This document shows, in pieces, positions 57,448 to 64,000 of a stretch of 64,000 nt of DNA. How positions within the stretch are numbered: position 1 is the first letter of the stretch; each line of letters starts with the position of its first letter. Under the pieces are notes generated by a model, which was not told where the DNA came from, did no database searches, and saw only the letters and a list, made by a program, of their open reading frames with translations. The stretch lies in the NCBI GenBank assembly GCA_013204385.1, contig JABMNY010000031.1, forward strand, positions 1,168 to 65,167, in the 5' to 3' direction. The translations under genes and the position numbers were made by a program. Source of the DNA: Candidatus Uhrbacteria bacterium. GTDB taxonomy: Bacteria > Patescibacteriota > Patescibacteriia > UBA9934 > GWF2-40-263.

Positions 57448-57678
57448 ATGCCAAAACAGGAAAATGATTTTCTCAATATGCTTCGTGACGCCGTCGGTGG
57501 AGCGGTTGCAGGACTGATCACAGGACTCGTCTTGGGGATCGCGATCCAGTTCATCAGTTATATCGTGCTTCCAATAGAGTTTCGTGATGGACCTCAAGTC
57601 ATTGCTCCATTCCTAGGAATGGGATTCGGAACCCTCGTAGGAGCTATTTTAGGAGGAATGGTGAGTTTAAAGAAATAG
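57448..57678 (+). CDS. small two-TM glycine-zipper membrane protein
   Basis: MPKQENDFLNMLRDAVGGAVAGLITGLVLGIAIQF...GMGFGTLVGAILGG. Confidence 0.4.
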   Translation: MPKQENDFLNMLRDAVGGAVAGLITGLVLGIAIQFISYIVLPIEFRDGPQVIAPFLGMGFGTLVGAILGGMVSLKK

Positions 57679-57688
57679 AATCCCTCAC

Positions 57689-57722
57689 AAAAAAGACTCC
57701 AGTTTCCTGGAGTCTTTTTTGT
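57689..57722. terminator. bidirectional terminator (A5-agactccag-tttc-ctggagtct-T6)
   Basis: Read directly. Confidence 0.6.
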
Positions 57723-57746
57723 TTGAAATACCTGCTTTCAGAAAAC

Positions 57747-58415
57747 CTATACCATTGAAGCAGGTGAAACTGATTGAGGAGGACTGTTCTTCATCGGTGA
57801 AAGGTGTCGGTACAATCCCATAACTGCAATCATTGCAACTGGAATCGACACAACCACTCCAACGAAGAACACAAGATATCCAATTATGACAACCGTTCCG
57901 ATTACCTGTTGGAATCCCAAAAGGTCCCATTTAAGTCCATCTGTCATGAGCGCACTCGCACGCATGGCATCCATCGGCTTCATCCCCCCATCAAGAACAA
58001 GCATCGGAGCAAACAGATACTTCAATGACCAAATCACACCAGGAATAATGAAGAGACATAAACCAACCATCACAACGAACGCGTACAAAATGCAGACAAG
58101 CGCATAAGGAAACGCTCGCTTCCACTCTGAAAAAAGAATACCTACAGAAACTTCTTTTCCATCAATCGCATTTAAAAATAGTCTCATAGACCCTGCCCCC
58201 ATGACGGCACCCATGACCAAATAGGAGATGAACGCTAGAAACAGAAAAAATTCGATTTGCCCTATTCCTCCTCCAATCACCATTAAAATGCTTGCTGGAA
58301 CAAATACAGCTAACCCCGAAACAAACAGTGCGGCAATGTACGTTCCAATATGTTCCTTTGCTTTTACCCACCCCATGCGCACAAGTGCTCCGTCACTAAA
58401 TAGTCTATCCGTCAT
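57747..58415 (-). CDS. polytopic membrane protein (DUF975-like)
   Basis: 222 aa, about 6 TM segments. Confidence 0.45.
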   Translation of the reverse strand: MTDRLFSDGALVRMGWVKAKEHIGTYIAALFVSGLAVFVPASILMVIGGGIGQIEFFLFLAFISYLVMGAVMGAGSMRLFLNAIDGKEVSVGILFSEWKRAFPYALVCILYAFVVMVGLCLFIIPGVIWSLKYLFAPMLVLDGGMKPMDAMRASALMTDGLKWDLLGFQQVIGTVVIIGYLVFFVGVVVSIPVAMIAVMGLYRHLSPMKNSPPQSVSPASMV

Positions 58416-58492
58416 AAAAAAGAATTATCTATATTATCAATCTAGTATGATTTAAGCATGCTCATGTTGTCTATACGAGACGTGGATAACAC

Positions 58493-58545
58493 ACAAAAAA
58501 ACACCCAAGCTTTGCTTGGGTGTTTTTGGTGCCGCGGGCGGGAAT
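58493..58545. repeat. 52-nt direct repeat copy A: a duplicate of the tRNA-Leu 3' end (18 nt) plus its downstream terminator hairpin; copy B is at 58681-58732
   Basis: aaaaaacacccaagctttgcttgggtgtttttggtgccgcgggcgggaat occurs twice (one A-run differs by 1 nt); the copies are about 135 bp apart. Confidence 0.8.
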
Positions 58546-58714
58546 ATGGGATTTTAACAAATCCCATATTGCACTCGTTCGTTCGGTACAAAAAATAAGG
58601 TTATAAATATTACTTATTTTTTGCACACTCACTCTCTCCTGCATCGAACCCGGGTGCGGATTCTCATCCTGCACCGCGGAACAAAAAACACCCAAGCTTT
58701 GCTTGGGTGTTTTT

Positions 58715-58800
58715 GGTGCCGCGGGCGGGAATCGAACCCGCACATGGTTACCCATACAGGATTTTGAGTCCTGCGCGTCTACCGGTTCCGCCACCGCGGC
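58715..58800 (-). tRNA. tRNA-Leu (anticodon CAA), class II with a long variable arm, CCA encoded
   Basis: Manually folded: acceptor GCCGCGG/CCGCGGC, anticodon stem CAGGA/TCCTG with loop CTCAAAA, T-arm GCGGG-TTCGATT-CCCGC, discriminator A. Confidence 0.8.
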
Positions 58801-58811
58801 ATTGTTCGCAC

Positions 58812-58937
58812 AAGCTGTCTTTAAAAAAGATGAGATACGCCGTGCTGGAAGGCGGAAAGCTCGTGAAATGTAGGTAATCCTACATTGAGCGAGTTTCCAA
58901 CTGAAGCACAAATAGATCGCTTTTTTAAAGACAGCTT
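58812..58937 (-). repeat. 125-nt inter-tRNA element bounded by a perfect 18-bp inverted repeat (aagctgtctttaaaaaag / cttttttaaagacagctt)
   Basis: Arms at 58812-58829 and 58920-58937, read directly; the second arm abuts the tRNA-Met 3' end. Confidence 0.6.
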
Positions 58938-59013
58938 GGTAGCTGGAGGGGGATTCGAACCCCCGACCTCGGGCTTATGAGTCCCACGCTCTAACCAACT
59001 GAGCTATCCAGCT
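58937..59013 (-). tRNA. tRNA with anticodon CAT (Met; initiator or elongator, or a tRNA-Ile2 lysidine precursor), CCA encoded
   Basis: Acceptor AGCTGGA/TCCAGCT, D-arm TAGCTCAGTTGGTTAGAGC, anticodon loop CTCATAA, T-arm GGGGG-TTCGAAT-CCCCC. One A-G mismatch closes the anticodon stem. Confidence 0.8.
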
Positions 59014-59074
59014 ATAAGGCACAGAGAATATAACGAATCAAAACTCTTTTGACAAGTGTCGCTCTGAAAATTTA

Positions 59075-62000
59075 TCACAAAAGAACAAGATCTAAACGCC
59101 TTTTTAAGATAGTTTTATCAACCTGATCTGAAGGTAAGAAGGTTTCTCCGCTACTAAATCTACCCATCAATGTTGGAGGAAGATCTATCACATACTCAGC
59201 CCAACTCCCCCCATAAAGAGTTTGAGCCATATCTTCAGATGAAATCCATCTCAATAATTGTCGATTTTCATCCTCCTCATCAGCCTCCACTGCGTATACA
59301 CGTGGATCGCTTTGAATCTTTACAAGCACAACTCCTGGTTTTGGAAGCATGGGTGCTCCTAACGTAAGTGCACTCAAAGTTGCATCCGACACCGTCCTTA
59401 CAGCTGAAAAATCATCTTGCCATGTAAAGAAAATTGTATGATTTTGAAATGGACGACGGGTTCCTGTGGAGGAGATTTGATAGACCACAGGATATGAAAC
59501 ACCTCGAATGTAATCTCCGACAAAAACAGCATCGATAGGTTCGATTTCACCATTGAACGGAGAACGTCCTGATTGTGTTCCATCTAATACAACAGATGAT
59601 GATTCTTCTGTGAGATCTGCGTCCTGCACACCTTCCGTTTCTGTTGTGGTATTCTCTTCAGTTGAGACTGAAGATGTTTTTATTGTGAAAACTTTGTTCG
59701 ATGTGTCTGAAACAGTATACGTGCTCTCTGAACGAGTAATCTTCACAAGACCGTTTGTTGTTTCGACTGCAGGAACCGTCCAACTATATTCTGACGTTCC
59801 TCCATTATAGTAGTCCTTTATCAAGGTATAAGAAGTTCCTCCATCGAAGGAATAGTAGATCTGTGTACGAGCTCCATTAGTTCCACTTGTCCATGTCCAG
59901 TCAATAACAATAGTAGCACCTATCGTTAGCATCTCTCCCCCATTTGGAGAAAGTACTTGAACAGTTCCTAAGACCTCACCAGAATACCCGCCTCCAAATC
60001 CCCAGTTAAGATTATTACCAAGATCTTCAGATCGAGATGAAGAAACATCATGTGTAACGGCACTTCCACTACTAGCATCTGAATCTTGGACAGATACGTA
60101 ATCCACAGAGATTGTTCCAGATAATTGGAGATTCCAAGCCGTGTCCGCGCTTGTGCTTGTAAGACTTATAAGCTGACCTGAAGCACCTGTCATCGTAAAA
60201 ATATTCGTGACGGTTTGCGTCGTCCCAGCGGTAAACTGAATTGCTTTTGACGCTGTTGTAGAAGAAAGATTATAGAACGTTGTGGAACCGGAAACAGTAG
60301 AGGTTGTTCCAGAGGTATCAAATGTCACGGTTCCAGATCGAGGAGTAAATGTCCCCCCCCCTTCCCCAGTCTCCACCAACCGTTATGGCATAATTTGATG
60401 CGCTTACATCTAACGTTCCGCTTGAAATTGTAACATCATCATCTACTTCTAGATTTGCCCCAAGCGTGACTACCCCTGCAGAATTGACGATAAAATCATT
60501 AAACGCTTCGTTCGCATTCACGGTTCCTGTTCCATCGAAGGTGACAGTTCCTGCTTGCTCAGCGAAGATTCCTGCCCCGGTGTCGGTCCAAGATCCGGCA
60601 ACAGTCATACCAAAGTTAGAGCCAGAAACATCGAGTGTTCCAGCAGTGAGGATGATGTTTCCGTTTATATCGAGTGCTCCATCCAACACATAGGTACTTC
60701 CAGATGAATTCACTGTGAGATTGTTGTATGGAGAGAGTGCTGAAAGAACCTCTTGTGAAATTGTCGTAGCTGCTTTGTAGATAATCGTTCCCCCAGAATT
60801 CGTCCATGTTCCGGCATTTTTGATGATGTCAACGGTTGGATCGTCCGATTCAATTTCTAAACTTCCATTTGAAATAGTCACTGTATCCGGAGCTCCATCC
60901 CCAAATGTATTTGTATTCGTCCCCGTTTTCATGATTCCTCCATTAATGGAAGAATTTCCAGCAATCGTCATGGTCTGATCATTCACATCAAACACTCCTG
61001 TTGTAAGCGTAAGATTCCCCACAATACTTTCAGCGACTCCCAAATTGAATGTGCCACCAGGACCATTAAACGTTAGGTGATGGTAGGAATAATCTTTCAC
61101 TGTATAGGGCCCCGATGTTCCATCATAGGTCACAGTTGAACCTGAGTTGAGTGTCGGTGTCGTAATAGTTTCTCCTCCCTGTAATCGAAAGGTTCCTCCG
61201 TCCTCAACCACAAATACTGAACCCGACCCATTCACCGTAAGCGCATAGCTACTTACGTCAAAACTTCCTTCTGTGATTGTGAGATCCTGATTTGTCGCGT
61301 TTAACGTCAACGCAGAACCTAATTCCACAGATCCTGAACTTTTATTAATCACAATATCTCCATCACAAGATGCCTCAACTCCAGTCAAGGTAAACGTCTG
61401 TGTTCCCGTTCCATTAAATGTTATTGGAACTGAACCACAACTCGTTGCGACTGTCATGTTTCCTCCAACCTGTACCACCGCTCCTCCTCCAGCTGTATTA
61501 AAATTACTACCCGACCCCGGGGAAAAATTCAGATCACTTTCAATAATAATGACATCACCTGACGATACTGAGAGTGCCCAGCCACCTGTTTTTGCAAAAG
61601 AAAAATTATAAAAAGTCTCTGACGTATTTACATCAAGAGTCCCCGCGAAACTACTTCCAAATTCAACCAATCCATTATTATGCACGAATGTACCACCTGC
61701 GGTATGGGTCCAATTTTTTGCAATTGCCATTGTTTCAGAAGTTGCATTGAATGTCCCCCCACTTTGAACAAAATAATATAAATTCACTGAACCAGAACCA
61801 CCAATAAAGGTTCCACCAGACTGAGTAAACAGCGCCGTTCCATTATTATTGATAGTCAATCCAAAACCATTCAAGTCAACCGTTCCGTTCGTAAGTGTAA
61901 AATCTTGATTTGAAACGTTCATTATTATTGAAGAAAGAAACTGGAGTGTTCCAGAAGATTTATTAACCGTGAGATCACCATCAAATTCACCTTCAATACC

Positions 62001-62798
62001 TGTTAAATCCCAGGTTTGAGTCCCAGTCCCATTGATCCTCATTGGGACGTTTGAAAAAGCCGTTGTTGCACTGATATTTCCTCCAACTATTATGAGTGCA
62101 GAAATTCCATTTAATACACTTCCTGCTCCAGATGTAGAGATAAGATCGTTGAGAACAACCATTGTGTCTCCGGACGTAATTGTAAGATCCCATCCACCTG
62201 TCTTTGAAAAGAGGACATTATAAAATGTCTCTGTGACATTAATATTCATCACTGCCCCCGCATTCGCATCAAAATTCACTGTGCCGTTATTATGTGCGAA
62301 TGTCCCACCGGAATTCGTAAAGTTTGTAGAAATAGTCATGGTTCCTGACGTGGCTGTAAATGTTCCACCTACAAGAGTCATTGATCCGTTCAAATCTATC
62401 GTCGAACTTCCTCCATTAAAAGAACCAACGTCTTGAACGAAATTTCCATTTCCAATTGTCAGTGTTGATCGAGTAACACTTATCGCTGAGGTATACCCAA
62501 TGTTAATATCAATCCCAGAAACAGCTCCTCCAAAACTTCCACCTGCATCAATATTTGATGCAGTATCCGATGTTCCATCGAATGTCGCCACATCCCCAGA
62601 ACCAGGACAGACGTCTCCACTCCAGTTTGTGCAAGTACTCCATAACCCGTCCCCTCCTTCACCATCCCATGTGCGAACAGCTGCATGAACCTGGTCTACA
62701 GACAAAAAAAGACTGATGCAGACAAAACCAAAGACACACCCGAATGTTACGGCTTTTCTAAACACGTACTCCATCATAAAATCGATCAATAAAAACAC
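59075..62798 (-). CDS. large repetitive beta-helix-like secreted surface protein (about 1255 aa if contiguous), split into 826-aa and 434-aa ORFs by a frameshift at a G9 homopolymer
   Basis: Signal peptide, then tandem repeat units of about 170 aa (SGGTFxHNNGxVxF...ETFYNxxFxKTGGW...NGTGTQTxxLTG...NKSSGxL...). The repeat pattern continues unbroken across the junction, and deleting one G fuses the frames. Confidence 0.7.
60353..60361 (-). repeat. homopolymeric tract (C9 on plus, G9 on the coding strand) at the frameshift point
   Basis: Read directly (gt ccccccccc tt cccc). Confidence 0.9.
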
Positions 62799-63004
62799 AT
62801 CAATTATAGCACATTTTCAATTCTGCGAACGAACAAAAACACTCCGTCTGAAGACGAAGTGTTTTTGGTTGCCCAAGCAGAACGGTTTTGGAACGGTTCT
62901 GGGAAATTGATTGGCAGGAACTGTTTCCTGAACCATCTATCACCTTAGCCAAATTTGGCTTTCTAACAATCTAAATTTCTACTTACTGCAAAAATAGAGC
63001 AGAA

Positions 63005-63376
63005 CTATTTCAAAAACTTGAAACTCGAAACAAGATCGTTAAAATATGGGATGTCAAAATTTTCCCAAGATCGAAAGATAACCTCATTATTTTTTACACC
63101 AATAGTCATGTCTGGTACTGGCTGCGGATTATCGTCTGTTGGAGAAATTAACATACAATCATCACTATTAACTCCACATGACACTCTCACGGTATCTGGG
63201 ACAATAAGTGAAAATGCTCCATCAGAACTTACAAAAGTTTGTGTACCAGGTTCTGCCTGAACAACTGATGAATCAGACACTTCACTTACGTCCGTCATGT
63301 TTAGGAAAAAAATTACACCACAAACACCAATGAGTACCCCAACCAGAAAAACGATTATTAATCTAGTTTGTTTCAT
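63005..63376 (-). CDS. small secreted/membrane-anchored hypothetical protein
   Basis: Start taken at MKQTRLIIVFLVGVLIGVCGVIFF (ATG 63376). Confidence 0.4.
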   Translation of the reverse strand: MKQTRLIIVFLVGVLIGVCGVIFFLNMTDVSEVSDSSVVQAEPGTQTFVSSDGAFSLIVPDTVRVSCGVNSDDCMLISPTDDNPQPVPDMTIGVKNNEVIFRSWENFDIPYFNDLVSSFKFLK

Positions 63377-63476
63377 ATATTTTAACAAGTTACTTACATT
63401 TTCAGATTTAATTAACCTATCAATCAATTAATTCAATTAAAACATTTAGATCAAAGAACACAAAATCCTAGGAAAC

Positions 63477-63743
63477 TCAAGTGTTTAATTGTTTTTGTAA
63501 ATAATGCCTCACCTGTTTTTTTAAGTATCTCCAACCTGATCCACTTTTTAAAAACTTCTCGCGACCAAGAGCGTCTTTTTGATTAAGGTACGCTTCATAA
63601 TAGATTACTTTCCAAGGTCCTCGTTTTGATGTTGAAGTGTTTCCATCTCGATTATGTTTAGCAACACGTTCTTTAAGATCAGCAGAATATCCAATATACC
63701 ATTTTCCACTCGACATACTTTCAATGACATATACATAGTACAT
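63477..63743 (-). CDS. GIY-YIG nuclease-domain protein (YhbQ/UPF0213-like), second intact copy
   Basis: MYYVYVIESMSSGKWYIGYSADLKERVAKHN...REKFLKSGSGWRY; start taken at the ATG at 63743. Confidence 0.65.
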   Translation of the reverse strand: MYYVYVIESMSSGKWYIGYSADLKERVAKHNRDGNTSTSKRGPWKVIYYEAYLNQKDALGREKFLKSGSGWRYLKKQVRHYLQKQLNT

Positions 63744-63766
63744 ATATTTTACATAGTAACGAATTT

Positions 63767-63874
63767 GGCTTGCCACGTGAATAGATAGTATCTACGGGGC
63801 TTGCCACGTGAACACCTACGTTGAATATGATACAGCCACGTAAAATCGACATACAAACGTTGTCGATCACGTGG
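63767..63874. repeat. 15-nt direct repeat ggcttgccacgtgaa (63767-63781 and 63798-63812) and four CACGTG palindromic hexamers upstream of the GIY-YIG gene
   Basis: Read directly. Confidence 0.6.
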
Positions 63875-63876
63875 CA

Positions 63877-63910
63877 CGTAAAAACACCAACCGAAGTTGG
63901 TGTTTTTACG
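63877..63910 (-). terminator. perfect 34-nt palindrome (cgtaaaaacaccaaccgaagttggtgtttttacg) abutting the tRNA 3' end; tRNA terminator
   Basis: The sequence equals its own reverse complement; T5 run on the minus strand. Confidence 0.6.
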
Positions 63911-63987
63911 TGGTTGCGGGGATCGGATTTGAACCGATGACCTCTTGGTTATGAGCCAAGCGAGCTGCCAGGCTGCTCTACCCCGCA
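63911..63987 (-). tRNA. second tRNA with anticodon CAT (Met/fMet/Ile2), CCA encoded
   Basis: Acceptor TGCGGGG/CCCCGCA, D-arm GAGC-AGCCTGGCA-GCTC, anticodon stem CTTGG/CCAAG with loop CTCATAA, T-arm ATCGG-TTCAAAT-CCGAT. Confidence 0.8.
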
Positions 63988-64000
63988 GGCCAGTTATATA

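Noticed and set aside
56596-57597. ORF-track ParA of 333 aa
   Set aside because: The N-terminal 76 aa has junk composition and would overlap the divergent small gene; the ATG at 57369 gives the conserved MAHIISVVNQKGGVGKTT Walker-A N-terminus, so ParA is 56596..57369.
58830-58919. Possible SRP (4.5S) RNA between the two tRNAs
   Set aside because: No helix-8 signature (GGAA tetraloop flanked by AGCAGCC/GGC) on either strand; kept only as an unclassified IR-bounded element.
1-64000. Searched for a CRISPR array, rRNA genes, integrase/transposase/recombinase genes and reverse transcriptase
   Set aside because: No regularly spaced direct-repeat array, no rRNA-like conserved stretches, and no ORF with integrase (R..H..R..Y), DDE transposase or RT (YxDD) motifs was seen. 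The att-like duplications therefore lack a cognate recombinase within this window.

Overview
This window looks like a contiguous chromosomal segment from a small-genome bacterium with a backbone of roughly 45% GC. The gene content and the domain architecture of the giant locus suggest a CPR/Patescibacteria-like or Gram-positive-like organism (inference). Most genes are housekeeping: tmRNA-smpB, infC-rpmI-rplT, an rRNA pseudouridine synthase, tag, a NUDIX hydrolase, pyk, htrA, nrdR, ftsZ, ftsA, dgkA, ybeY, rpsU, yqeY, hisS, lepB, an LCP protein, der, pth, dprA, topA, a short relA/spoT, parA-parB, and four tRNAs (Asp, Leu, two CAT-anticodon). The outstanding feature is a ~15.7 kb minus-strand locus at 25782-41752, inserted between yqeY and ybeY. 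It encodes a 3554-aa cysteine-rich surface giant (IPT/TIG domains, Ig-like domains, Myxococcus-type Cys-rich repeats, a C-terminal vWA domain), a 626-aa partner and a YqeY fusion, all three carrying the same VirB2/TrbC-like two-helix membrane module, plus three tandem bitopic paralogs with thrombospondin-type-3-like Ca-binding repeats. A second large repetitive beta-helix-like surface gene at 59075-62798 is split by a G9 homopolymer. Other points of interest: att-like partial duplications at the tmRNA and tRNA-Leu 3' ends, three YhbQ-like GIY-YIG genes (one frameshifted), a RelE/ParE-RHH toxin-antitoxin pair next to a high-GC three-gene cassette, and several high-GC islets encoding small Pro-rich membrane proteins. 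No rRNA, CRISPR array, integrase or transposase was seen.
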